Assembly: GCF_009914755.1 (NCBI RefSeq)
Contig: NC_060939.1
DNA from: the human T2T-CHM13v2.0 reference genome, Homo sapiens
Strand: one strand, 5' to 3'
DNA: 64,000 nucleotides
Made by a program: the position numbers and the translations under genes
Part shown: positions 37,966-59,584 of the stretch, piece after piece
Position numbering within the stretch: position 1 is the stretch's first letter
How the letters are laid out: every line of letters starts with the position of its first letter
The notes under the pieces: model-generated
Databases searched by the model: none
What the model saw: the letters and a program-made list of their open reading frames with translations, nothing else
Told to the model about the DNA's origin: nothing

Positions 37966-38686
37966 GTATCTCTAAATTTTTCAAATATATGATTATGCAC
38001 TCAAATGTTTATGAATTATTGAATAAGAATCAATTGCTGTAAATTATATACTAATGTCACTTAATGAATGTTAAGTTGCCATTTAAGATGACTCTCTCTT
38101 CCATACTTAGATCTAGCTATGTTAATAGTTCATGTTCTCTGAGGAAAAGTGGAAAGAACTGGGTGCTTATACCAGAAAAAAAGAACACATGAAGGGGAAT
38201 CTTGACTTCCACTTAACAAGTGTCAGCTTTCTTTTCATGGTGGTCATTTTTTTGCTGTCCTGATCTAATTTTAACCGAGGCATACATACCACTCCAAAGA
38301 GAGCAAAGTTGAGCGTTCAAAGTTAGAGCAAAACAGACTTTACAACTAAGAAAAAAGGGGAAAGAGTAGGAGTTACTGATTACATGCAATCAATATTTGG
38401 TGTAAAATGAATATGAGTAGTGAGTATAACTTCCCCAATTAATAAGTCAAAATCTAAATGCAGCTATTTTTCTACTTAACTATGAAGCCCATGGTCAGGT
38501 ATCTCAGGTGTTTTTCAAGCAGCAGCAAAGTTTCAGGCAATCAGAATATAAGAAATTAGAACCAAGATAAATCAGACAGAATCTGTGGCAAGTATAGTCA
38601 TTAAATATGAAGACAAATGGTCTTAACCATCAAGTAGCACCTGGAAGATTTACTTGCTCACATGAGATGTTTTTGCTCCTTTCAAG

Positions 38687-38797
38687 ACAAGCACTGGAAA
38701 AGTATTCAGCGTGATTGCTTCGTTTGAAGATGATGTGGAAATAACATTATACAAACATGGAGGATTATTAAACTTTGTGGCACGAAAATTCTCATAG
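38687..38797 (+). CDS. IREB2: IRP2 exon 22 coding part with stop codon
   Basis: caag|ACAAGC...TTCTCATAG; TSTGKVFSVIASFEDDVEITLYKHGGLLNFVARKFS*. Exons 3-22 sum to 2786 nt, leaving 106 nt for exons 1-2 of a 963-aa protein. Confidence 0.97.
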   Translation, partial: TSTGKVFSVIASFEDDVEITLYKHGGLLNFVARKFS

Positions 38798-38984
38798 TAT
38801 CTACTTACCATAGATACCTTTCATAACTGGTAACTGCAAAGCCTTTTGTGCTGGACCCAGGAATCCTTACCATGGAGCAGCAGATAGTCCCAGTATACTC
38901 ACTTATCTCATCCATGGATGTAAATGATGATGAATCAACATAGTAACTGAAATGAAATCTTCTTGATTTTAAATAATATACGAA

Positions 38985-38992
38985 TGGTGCTA
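38985..38992 (+). promoter_or_regulatory. miR-29 family 8mer seed match
   Basis: TGGTGCTA in the proximal 3'UTR, upstream of both poly(A) sites; miR-29 regulation of IREB2 has been reported (recalled). Confidence 0.7.
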
Positions 38993-39081
38993 TTAATATT
39001 GCTAAAATCAACGTGTGAAGTGTGTTGTGGAAGAGACCTGTAAGTATGGGGGGGGGCGATATTTTATCAGACCATTTTGTA

Positions 39082-39156
39082 AATAAAGGCAGAATTTGTG
39101 TTGAAGATTCTTATATGAATAACCTTCCTGGATTTGTTTAGTTTTGCACCAATAAA
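39082..39156 (+). terminator. IREB2: Proximal poly(A) signals
   Basis: AATAAA at 39082-39087 and 39151-39156; the second is followed by GU-rich tgtttgttggttt. Confidence 0.7.
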
Positions 39157-40462
39157 ACTGTGTACTACTGTTTGTTGGTTTAAGAGTAGCAGATTGAAAT
39201 ATAAGAAGCCAGATTAGACTCTAAAATTGTGGCCATTGGAATCTCATTTATAAATGGACCTTTTAAGTATATTAATTCCTCTTCAGAATTGAGCTGGACA
39301 CATTTGGCATTCTTAGTTTGTCATATAACCAGGTTTATCCTTAGTCTAACTGCAAGGGATAGAACCTGCCCCAGGTCACAATCATTCTGTCCAATCCAGC
39401 CAAGGTTCCCTCCACATATGAAGATGGACCATGGCAGGATACAACTGATTGTGTGGCACCATGTATTAGCAGTGGGAATATGTATCACATATGATGCAGC
39501 CTTTCATATTTCAGCAGTTTGCCACTGTGACTGTCTGGCAAGCCCCCAGATGGCGTTATATTAATTGGATTAGATTATTTTGCTCACCTTATGTAATACT
39601 GTAACTTCCTATAACCTAATATTTTCGGTATCATTAACCAAAATTTCACACTCATAGTTGCTAAAGAGAATGTTATTCAATCATTAAACTCTGAACTGAT
39701 TTCTTCTATACATTTAAATTATCCACCCTCAATAATACGGGTGCTCAACCCTATGCATTTTTTAAGTGTTGCTATTTCTTAATTAAATTGATTTCCTGTC
39801 ATTTTGAATCATTTATCACCTGCGATGCATGATTCTATTAATTTTGTTATGTTACTGTTTTAACCAAAGCTGACCGTAAGGATAAAACACTTAAGTTGTT
39901 GCTGAGTACTATATATCCTCAATATGCATGTCTGCCCATCACATCAAATGTTCTGTCAACAAGATGTTTGGTAATTTTTTTTAAAAAGGTTGGAAAATTA
40001 ATTATAGAAGGTTCTATACTGTTTTTTTAATTAAGAAACTAAATCTAGCAGGCTAAAGGTTAATTGTAGTGATTTTTTTTCACATAGATATCTTTCTATG
40101 ACCTAGTTAGTTACTGCAATTCAGAATTAGTTCACATTGCATAAAGAATTACTTGTTGTAAGCAAAATGCTGAAACTACCAAACCAGTGGATGAAGACCA
40201 CTAAGAACTTTGCACATAATCATACAATCTTTTGAAAATATTTTGCAAATATGTGTTTAGACAATAAGATGGACTAGAGTTCGACAAAATGATTTCTTTA
40301 TTTAAATTTTGTATAAGTATTTTCTTCGACACTTTCAAATTATATTGTGTTCTTGATATATGCTGTATATTTATTTGTTAGTGCATGTGTTTTTAATTTA
40401 CATGAAAACATGAGTTAGGAGAAATTACAGGTTGAAAGATGAAATGCCTGTATGTGCTCTGA

Positions 40463-40802
<340 letters not shown>

Positions 40803-42079
40803 TATATTGTTTTGAAAGCATACTCTATATATAGTTATGGGCAGAGGCACAGGCATCCTCAGCAGCTGATTCAGGAGATGATGGTAAAGCTAGCTAACTA
40901 TGAATTAAACATTCACATATCCAGTCTACCTGGTCCAGTAATAATACAAGCAAATCTTGTATTTCAGGAACAAATCAAGGTTCTCTTAATTTTTTGGCTT
41001 ATATACAATGAAGTAAAAACTTGATAAACATGGTTTCAAATTGAGGAGGAGAGTCTTGGATGTATGTTTTAATATGTATACCTTATAATTCTGCCTCTAG
41101 CCAAATGCTATGTTTGCAAAATGTGGCATCTGTTAGTTTTTATTGTCTGTGTCTTCTTTGTTTACTATACCTTGGGTAATTTTGTGTTACCAAAAAAAAA
41201 AAAAAAAGGAAGTGTAATGTCAGACACACAAGAAAAGCAAATCAGTGTTGTAAGCTTAAAGTACAATTTCAAAGGTCATTACCAACAGCAGGGTTTTTTT
41301 TATACTTTAAAAACATTATGCTACATATCATTGCCATTTTCATATTTTGGGGTTTTGCTACTCTTATACAATGGAATCAATGGAAATGTCATCCAGCCAC
41401 TGAATTGCCATTATTATATCTAAAAAGTTTCTAAGATGACAGTTATCACTATTTTGTTTTATCTCCATGCTGACATTTGAAAGAAGGTACTAGTATCCCT
41501 CTAGCCAGATTGCTTAGTTTTTCGTTGGTAATCAAACAACAGTTGTACTAAAGGAAAGTAAAGCTAGGACCTAAATCAGAATCATAGTTGCCTGCATATA
41601 TGGTAACAAGGTCGTGTGCATTTGCTTTCACAGTGATGAGTGAGAGGATGAGAAGAAATTATTTGACATTTTTCTGTGGTTGAATAGAAGACACCTTTCT
41701 TTTGTCTTTAGGTTTAGGAGGAGATACTAAGATACTGGATGTTTATCCTATCTTAGTTTGGTTGGAGTAATAAGAGAGAAGAAGAGGGTGGACTTTGGCT
41801 TTTCAGTGTTTTTTCCCCTAAAGAGTGATATTGCTGACGTTTCTATCAATTTTACACATAATATGTGGCTATGAAACCATATATCTCACTTAAGTAACAA
41901 AGTAATCACTTTGTCTATCACTAAGTAATAGACAAAAATCATTGTCTATTATTTAAAGCCAACAAAACAGTGTAACAGTTTTAAGTTCAATAATGTTAAG
42001 TATTGTATAGAAATATATTGGAGGCAAAGTTCAGTTGATGACAATTGTGTATATGTTACTGATGCTGTAAATTATTTTT

Positions 42080-42125
42080 AATAAAGAAAATTGTATTATC
42101 ACATTTGATTCTTGTTCTGTTTTGT
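42080..42125 (+). terminator. IREB2: Distal poly(A) signal
   Basis: AATAAA at 42080-42085, upstream TGTA motifs, CA ~17 nt downstream, then tttgattcttgttctgttttgt. Confidence 0.8.
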
Positions 42126-42172
42126 AGTAGTTGAAAATAAAACAACATGATGTAAAAAATATGCTGCCATCC

Positions 42173-43022
<850 letters not shown>

Positions 43023-43425
43023 CTTTCTTCCCACTATTATTAGCAACCTAAAAGAGTAAGGTTTATTTCTTAGAATTCAGTAATCATAAACCATAATTGG
43101 CACTTTATTAGAATTTTCTAAGGATTCCAATTTAGTATTCTAAGAAGTTTGCATTACCTAAAGGCTAATACCAACATAGGCACAAGCTGATAGTTTGAAT
43201 ATGCAGTCTAGGAGGAAACTTAAGAGCTTCATCAGTGTAGCATTTAGTTGGTTTACAGTTTTCACTTGATGCTAATTTTGCTTTTTAATTACAAAGTAGC
43301 TTCAGATTTACCATTTTGATTTGATGTATGTTGTAAACCTGTGTTCTATACTTGAAAAATGCATTTATTGCAAAAGCAGATGCATATGTAATTCTCACAA
43401 AATTTGCTGGTATAATGACAAGTGT

Positions 43426-46443
<3,018 letters not shown>

Positions 46444-47279
46444 AAATACTATATTTCAGAAGAATTCAGGGAGTGGAAATGCACATACCAAAGAGGGCAG
46501 TTGTGGATCCAATAGCCCTGCCTCCAATTCTCACAATTTCCAGATTCAATCTTAATTCCCATTCCCTCATCCCAAGAGAAGTAGAGAAAGACCAGTAGAG
46601 CTGGAATAATGACAGGTGGAAATAACTCAGAAGCCACTCAAGGCAAAAAGCATGCAGAGGGGCCTAAGGGAGCCAATAGGATTCCAATTCTGGTTACAGA
46701 AAAATCCAAGTCAAAATCACTCTTTGACAATCTAAAGGAATGAGATATTAATTATGTTCCCCTGGGGTTGTGAAAAACAGCCCTGCCTTTTGGAGATTAG
46801 AAGTGAAGCAGGTAAGAACCATATCTAAAGCAGGAGAAGAAGCTTCCCTCAGTAGGTGGTTGATAGGGGTCTGGGAATCATCCAAGTTAATCAGGGTGAC
46901 TATAGATAATCCGAGTGTGTTATATCCTGACAGAAAACAAAGGGTGGATGTGCATTGGCAAAAACAAAATAAGAAACCAATTTGCAGGCATGAGTGGACC
47001 AGTACCCAGGACTCTCTTCCAGTAGCCTACAGTAGATAGAGGGCTCTGACTTATCGGAGAAGTCCTGCTTGGCTGGAGAAGGGCATCAAGCTGTTTATCA
47101 GCGCCTCATGCCCTTAACAGTTAAGACCATCCAACTAACCTGGCTGTTACTCCATGAATCTCGTGCAGCTTTCTGAAAATCATGGGGTCTCTGCGGACTT
47201 TCCTGCAGAAAGAGAGCCCACTGATTCCACTACCTAGATAAAGGCGTGGTGGTGGGCCCCTGTAATCCCAACTACTCGG

Positions 47280-47549
47280 TGTAAGAATTAAAGAAAGAGG
47301 AAAGAAACACGAAAAGTGGCTTGGTGGTCATAAGAGGTTTATTTTAGAGAAAACCTGAGAGGGGCGTCTGGCCAAGTTAGGTCAGAGGCACACTCTTACA
47401 GACTAAGTAAGTTTTTAAGGATTCGGAGTGGGAGAGTTTATCAGAGGCTTGGACTGCTTCTGTGTCTCTTTGTTGTGCTTATCTCGGAGGGAGAGTTGTG
47501 TGTCTGTTCCCATACATCTTTCTGCAGCTGCAGACATACCCCCTGAGTC
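47280..47549 (-). mobile_element. Partial ERV1-class LTR (LTR10-like), 3' portion
   Basis: Minus strand ends ...ctaaAATAAAcctc...cgtgtttctttcctctttctttaattcttaCA, an LTR poly(A) signal plus terminal CA; family call is from memory. Confidence 0.6.
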
Positions 47550-47689
47550 TAATTTTTGTATTTTTAGTAGAGAGGGGTTTCACCATGTTGGCCAGGCTGG
47601 TCTCGAACTCCTGACCTCAGGTGATCCTCCCGCCTCGGTCTCCCAAATTTCTGGGATTACAGGCGTGAGCCATCTGCGCCCTGCCTAAA

Positions 47690-48720
47690 CTGTTCGGGTT
47701 CTAACATTCCAGCATCCTCCTGCGGAACGCAGCCAGGCCTTACTCAGGCCTTCCAATCAGGACCCTTACAGTTCCTGGGGCTGGGATTGCGAGTCTCTCT
47801 GGGGCCACGCTTTCTAAGCGTATCACTTCCAGGATACGTGCCTCCAACAGAAGGAATGAAGGCTAGGAAACAAAAACGTGGATGCGGGTGAGGAGCTGTC
47901 AGTGTTACCGCCACGACAACGTGGACCCTGCGAAACTCGGAGGTGCCACTCAAGAGCCGAAAGCCTGCCCACTCGGGGTGGGGCGGCAACCCGGAGAGCC
48001 AATCAGGAATAAGGAGTCCGGTTCATGAAAAGGTAGCCGGATTCTGACTGGGATACTCACTGTGAGAAGGCTGGGCGGAGTTGCAGAAAGTCAACAGAAG
48101 CCGAATCTCTGAATTTCTGTTCGCAGCCTCCTAGGCGGGGCCGGGAAAAAAATCCAGTAGTCTGCGCTGACTGGGCGGCGAGGGACCGGGAGGAGCCAAT
48201 CAGAAGTCAGGACTCGCGGGGCTTGGAGGAGGGGCGCGGGCGCTGCGGCCCCTGCTCTACCTCCTAGCGCCGGTGCGCGGCCGAGGCCGCACTACCTGTC
48301 TGCGGGAAAGCGGGATCCACCCCAGGACGTCGGGTCGCTGCCGGTGAGCCAAGGAGGGGGAAGCAGAGACGAGCCCTGCGTCCCCGCTGCGGGAGTCGGG
48401 GTCGCCCCCGAGGGCAGGGAGGCTCGCTGCAAGTGTGGAGCCGGGAGTCCTATGCCTCAGGCTCCTCCAGCCCGCGCTATCCTCAGCTCGCTGCGTGCGT
48501 GATGGGCAAGTCACCCTTCTTCCCGGACCTCACCTGTAACCTAGGAGGGCTGAGCTGGGCCCCCAGAATGAAAGCGTGGCACCCGAGAAGCTGTCGAGGC
48601 CAGCCCTCCCGGGTCTGTGTGGGGTCGCTGGCCGAGGGCTGTGCCGGCGCCTGGCCGGTGTCTACTGGGAGCAGTCTCTGAGCTCCGCTGAACCTCACTT
48701 ACTCATGCGCCCTCCTCCTC
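47690..48720. promoter_or_regulatory. HYKK: CpG island / HYKK promoter with two NF-Y CCAAT boxes and several GC boxes
   Basis: Abrupt GC- and CpG-rich non-repeat sequence; gagCCAATcag at 47999 and 48196; multiple GGGCGG/GGCGGG; no TATA seen. Confidence 0.88.
48230..48343 (+). other. HYKK: HYKK non-coding exon 1 (5' end approximate)
   Basis: Strong donor CCG|gtgagc at 48343/48344 inside the CpG island, just downstream of the second CCAAT box. Confidence 0.7.
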
Positions 48721-49357
48721 TCTTTTCCTGCCTCTTGGTTCAGCAACCCCTCTGCAGCCCGCTCACCCACCACTTTTTCCCCTTCACCCACCAGGAAGAC
48801 CCTTAAAAGCACCTAGTAATGCATTGTTGTCTTTGAAAAACTGCAGATGCTAGATTCCCCACCTTTCTGTTTCATGATCCCCTTGGGGTTGAACTGCCCC
48901 GTGAGTCTGTGGAATGAAGGTCACCCTTGGTTCACCATTTAATATTAAATAAGGGACTAGCCTAGGGGCTGAGAATACAGAGATTGACTGGGTATAATCC
49001 CTTGGAAGGACGCAGCAAAAGGGAATGTAGGAGAAGAAAGGTAGAGTTGGAAGACATGCTAAGGTAGAATTTACTAGACTTTGTTACACGTTGGGAGTGA
49101 GGGACAGGAAAGAATCAAGAATGACTCCTGTTTCTTGTCTGGTATACTTTGCACAAAGTACAGAGCTTAAGTTCCAGCCCCCTCCCGGCTGCAGGACAAA
49201 GGTGGTGAGATTCTGACGCAGATCTTGGAGTTGGAAATCACACTTGCTTCCTGCGGGCTTTTTCAGGAGCTAAATACTGTTGGCCGGATATATAGACCAA
49301 CAGCCTATAGTACCTGAATTCCTCCTCTCCCTTTCAATGAAGTAGGAAAAAAAGTTA

Positions 49358-53377
<4,020 letters not shown>

Positions 53378-53757
53378 TGAATTCTTACTGTGACTTAATA
53401 TGTAACTTTGGGCAAGTCACTTAACCTCTCAGGACCAAAATTTCCCCTATAAAATTAATGGGGGAGGAGGAGGGAATGGACGAAGTGATACCAAGGTGCT
53501 TTCCTAGTCTGTGTTTGGGAGGTAAGTTTAAAAATAATTTGTCCTATAAGAATTTGTATGCAGTTGTCAAATCATCTACTTCTTGATCTTATTCACTGAT
53601 TTGATTTTCTTTTTAACTTTATGAGTAAAACTTAACAATCAAAAGAAGTACAGAATCAACAGAAACATTACTGGTCTGTCTTGAGAAAAATCATTTAAAT
53701 AAATATATTCATCCTGTGTCCCCTTTCTGTTTGTTGCTTTTTGTTCCCCTAGACATA

Positions 53758-54094
53758 ATGTCAAGTGGAAACTATCAGCAGTCAGAGGCTCTTAGCAAAC
53801 CCACTTTCAGTGAGGAACAAGCCTCTGCGTTAGTGGAGTCAGTGTTTGGGTTGAAAGTTTCCAAGGTCCGGCCACTTCCTAGCTATGATGACCAAAACTT
53901 TCATGTCTACGTTTCAAAAACCAAAGATGGCCCAACTGAATATGTCCTCAAAATAAGCAACACCAAGGCTAGCAAAAATCCAGACCTGATTGAAGTGCAG
54001 AATCACATCATCATGTTTCTGAAAGCCGCTGGATTTCCAACAGCCTCTGTGTGTCACACTAAAGGAGACAACACAGCTTCTCTCGTGTCTGTAG
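53758..54094 (+). CDS. HYKK: Hydroxylysine kinase (AGPHD1) exon 2 coding part (exon begins at 53753)
   Basis: Long pyrimidine tract, ctag|acataATG; [21 protein letters not shown]...[13 protein letters not shown]...YVLKISN...TASLVSV; donor GTAG|gtaaga; aminoglycoside-phosphotransferase-like N-lobe. Confidence 0.95.
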
Positions 54095-54635
54095 GTAAGA
54101 GATGACCAATTCGCCGATCCATTACCTATCCAGACACATCACTGCATTTTGGCCACAAGTAGAACTATGAAGAGCAGGTTCATAATTCCAAGTGTAGATG
54201 TGGTTGTTATTATTTTTTAGCACCTCAATAGTACACCCTTAGAGGTGGTTGTGTTTTCGGTGCTGGGAGAAGCTACAGCGTCATCAAAGTGGTGATTGGT
54301 CCTCTGATTGAGTAGTGGTTAGAGCCCAATGTGGTATAAGTTTTCTGTTCAGAAAGGCCCTGACAGATAGTAACTAAGGGGACTTGTGGAAATCAGGGGA
54401 ATATTTTTTGTTTGTTTCGTATTTTTTGTTTGTTTTGTTGGTGGTTTTGGGATTTTTTATTTGTTTGTTTGTTTTTTGAGACAGGGGTCTCACTCTATCA
54501 CCCAGACTGGAGTACAGTGGCGCAGTCACAGCTCACTGCAGCCTTGACCTCCTGGGCTCAGGTGATCCTCCCACTTCAGCCTGCTGAGTAGCTGGGACTA
54601 CAGGCATGCATCACCACGCCCAGCTAATTTTGTAG

Positions 54636-54824
<189 letters not shown>

Positions 54825-55552
54825 TAAATTCTGGTGTTGTGGTATAGTAGAAAGAATATAATACTGGAAATCAGGAAATCAGGAATTTTAGATTTTAGCT
54901 TTGTCATTACTGTATATGTGACCTTGGACACATAGACCACTTAAATCCCTAAGGCCGCCAGTCCTCATCTGTGAGACAGCCCTTTTCACCTCTAAATACT
55001 AAAATGCTGAGAATGGACCTAATTCAGCTCTTTAAGCAACAGGCTAAAACCAATTTCTTGAAATTTTTTTAAAGGTTCGAAATCTTGATTGTCTTTTTCT
55101 CTCTTAATTGTTCACCATTCTTTCTTAATTTGCATTGCTCCAAATACGTGAGGCCCATTGTGGTCCCTGAGACACAGTTATTGTCCTGTGTTGCAAACAC
55201 AGGCTGTCCCACAAGAAGCCTGATTCTGGAAGTCATTTATTTGTACCTCACTCCCCTCAATTGTGAACTTATGAAAGAGTATGTGTTTTTGCTTTCATTT
55301 ACCACAGTAAGTAATTTCTGTGTAGAGCTAAGGCCAGCAGAGTTAGGGCTATAATTTTGTTGGTATGTAAATGGCCAGTTCCAATGTTGTTAAGGTTTGT
55401 ATATTCTACCTTCTTGCTTCATCCACTCAACTCTGCTTCATAGAATCCTGCCGAGCTGTTTTAGGTTAGCACATTTTTGTTGTTGTTCTGTAATTTCTGT
55501 TCTTTTCAGTAATACTTGCAGAGGCAGAATAGCTTCTAATTCTGTTATATCT

Positions 55553-55558
<6 letters not shown>

Positions 55559-55601
<43 letters not shown>
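55559..55601. repeat. Compound microsatellite (CT)n(AT)n
   Basis: About 14 CT units followed by about 7 AT units. Confidence 0.95.
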
Positions 55602-55640
55602 AATAATTTAGTCAAAGGATATTTTATTCCATCCATTTAG

Positions 55641-55780
55641 ATAGTGGCTCTGAAATCAAAAGCTACTTGGTGAGGCTGCTGACTTACCTCCCAGGAAGAC
55701 CCATCGCTGAGCTTCCCGTCAGCCCCCAGCTATTGTATGAAATTGGAAAACTAGCTGCCAAATTGGATAAGACACTGCAG
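55641..55780 (+). CDS. HYKK: HYKK exon 3 (140 nt); remaining exons lie beyond the window
   Basis: ttag|ATAGTGGC...CTGCAG|gtaaga; (D)[46 protein letters not shown]; phase matches exon 2. Confidence 0.95.
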
Positions 55781-56200
55781 GTAAGATTTGGGGCTTTATT
55801 TTATTCTAAGGGATGTTTGTTTGCTTGTTATTTTATTTTTAAAATAAAGTATGGATCAGATTCTCTTTTTATGTATGGTGCTACCTAAGGTATGTTATGA
55901 AGGGAATGGAGTCCTAGAGTGCATACATTTTATGACAGTAAGGCTAACTTCTACCTAACTCTTACTGGTGTAGGCCAGGTGTTGTGGCCCACGCCTGTAA
56001 TCCCAGCGCTTTGGGAGGCTGAGGCAGAGGAATCTAACTTGAGACCAGGAATTTGAGACCAGCCTGGCCAACATAGTGAAACCCCATCTCTTCTAAAAAA
56101 CACAAAAATTTAGGGCATGGTGGCGTGTGCCTGTAGTCTCAGCTACTTGGAAGACTGAGGCAGGAGAATCGCTTGAGCCAGGAGGTGGAGGTTGCAGTGA

Positions 56201-56465
<265 letters not shown>

Positions 56466-56879
56466 TAGCCAGGATGGTCTCGATCTCCTGACCTCGTGAT
56501 CCACCCGCCTCGGCCTCCCAAAGTGCTGGGATTACAGGCGTGAGCCACTGTGGCCAGCCCAAAAATTTTTTTTAAATTAAAAAATAAATAAATCTTACTG
56601 GTGTGTTGGAAAGATTACCTAAATTTTTAGAAATTCATGATATTCTTCATGCTGCTCACTGAAAACAGTCAATATTCACAAATAGAAACCTGAAGATTTC
56701 ATCCAGTCACAGTATAATCAACTGGAGCCCCATATAAAGCAATAGCTAGGTTGCAAATGGATTAATAATGTATGTTAAGGATGTTTTTGCCCTATAGAAA
56801 CAATATAATGTATGACAGGTACCTTTTAGACCCACCCATAAAACATCTTCATTTATTCAATATTGACTGAGTACCTTTT

Positions 56880-57016
56880 ATGTTATTTAAAAAAAATCAC
56901 AGGACAAAGGAAATATATTTACTATTTATTAAGTGGAAATGGATCATCATAAAGGTCTTCATTGTCATCCTCATTTTGAGTGGGCTGAGGAGGAGGAAGA
57001 AGAGAAGGGTTGGTCT
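56880..57016 (-). mobile_element. Tigger2a/MER28-like DNA transposon fragment
   Basis: tttactatttattaagtggaaatggatcatcataaaggtcttcat...ggctgaggaggaggaagaagagaagggttggtctt matches the recalled consensus. Confidence 0.6.
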
Positions 57017-57062
57017 TTTTTTTTTTTTTTTTTTTGAGACAGGGTCTCACTCTGTCTCCTAG

Positions 57063-57203
<141 letters not shown>

Positions 57204-57337
57204 TAGAGATGGGGTTTCACCATGTTGCCCAGGCTGGTCTCAAACTCCTGAGCTCAAGCAGTCTTCCCGCCTCTGCCTCCCAAAGTGCTGGGATGACAGG
57301 CATGAGCTACCCCATGCCTAGCCAGGGGATTGGTCTT

Positions 57338-57409
57338 TGTATTAGGCCATTCTTGCACTGCTATAAAGAAATACCTGAGACTAGGTAATTTATACAGAAA
57401 AGAGGTTTA
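57338..57409. mobile_element. MST LTR terminal fragment
   Basis: tgtattaggccattcttgcactgctataaagaaatacctgagactaggtaattta. Confidence 0.8.
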
Positions 57410-57472
57410 GGCCAGGTGTGGTGACTCACGCCTATAATTCCTGCATTTTGGGAGGCCAAAGCAGGAGGATCA

Positions 57473-57742
<270 letters not shown>

Positions 57743-58044
57743 TCAGTTCTTTTCTTTTCTTTCTTTCTTTCTTTCTTTCTTTTTTTTTTTTTTTTTTTTC
57801 GAGACAGAGTTTCTGTCTGTTGCCCAGGCTGGAGTGCAACGCTGTGACCTCTGCCTCCCGGGCTCATTGCATTATTTCTGACAGGAAATCTGCCATCAGA
57901 TCGTCCCTCTGAATGTAATGTGTCTTTTGTATGTGTGTGGCTGCTTTTAAGACTTTCTCTTGAGGCCAGGCAAGGTGGCTCACACCTGTAATCCCAGCAC
58001 TTTGGGAGGCTGAGGCAGGCGGATCACTTGAGGTCAGGAGTTCA

Positions 58045-58299
<255 letters not shown>

Positions 58300-58705
58300 T
58301 TAAGGCGTGACTTGTATAGTTTTCCTCATGTTTGTTATGCTTGTCATTCACTGGGATACCTTGAGTGGATATACTGAAGTTACTTGGAAGCAGTTTGATC
58401 CTTTTGGGTCATGCTTTTACTACTTGATAGATGGGACCAAGGACCAATTTACTACTGATCAAAATCCTTCAGTGTCCTGTGAGCTGTGAGGTTTTCCAGT
58501 GTGGATGGTAGGAACAGGCACTCTTCCTGGCCCTGTGCGTGCCATGTACTCTTCCCTCTAATCTTTTCAGGTGGCTCGTTCCCCAGTTTTGAGTAGTTTC
58601 CTCACATTTACACATGGGTCATACACCCATCTGCTAATTTCTCAAGGGGGACATAATGCAGATCCCTGAAGTGCTTTCTCTCTGCAGCTCTCCCATCCCT
58701 GGTAA

Positions 58706-59191
<486 letters not shown>

Positions 59192-59386
59192 TAACGTCTA
59201 ATAACTTGAAAACCAGTGTTTAACGTATTTTGTCCACTGTTTTTGCTTTTTCTGGCAGGAGGGTAAGCCCCGCGTTACACCCCTATTGGCCAAAAACTGA
59301 AGACCAGGCCGGGCGCAGTAGCTTACGCCTATAATCCCAGCACTTTGGGAGGCCGAGGCAGGTGGATCACCTGAAGTCAGGAGTTA

Positions 59387-59584
<198 letters not shown>

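Noticed and set aside
41192-41207. A16 run in the 3'UTR as a possible transcript end
   Set aside because: Genomic homopolymer with no upstream AATAAA; a likely oligo-dT internal-priming artefact.
41121-41423. 100-aa ATG-initiated ORF in the 3'UTR
   Set aside because: Crosses a length-unstable A16 run, has AT-rich composition and no recognisable homology.
46450-47240. Unique-looking intergenic block upstream of HYKK as a possible pseudogene or antisense exon
   Set aside because: No recognisable protein similarity or convincing splice pair by eye; BLAST and RNA-seq would be needed.
47744-48806. Several 70-85 aa ORFs in the GC-rich region
   Set aside because: Stop codons are depleted in CpG islands; no recognisable protein family.
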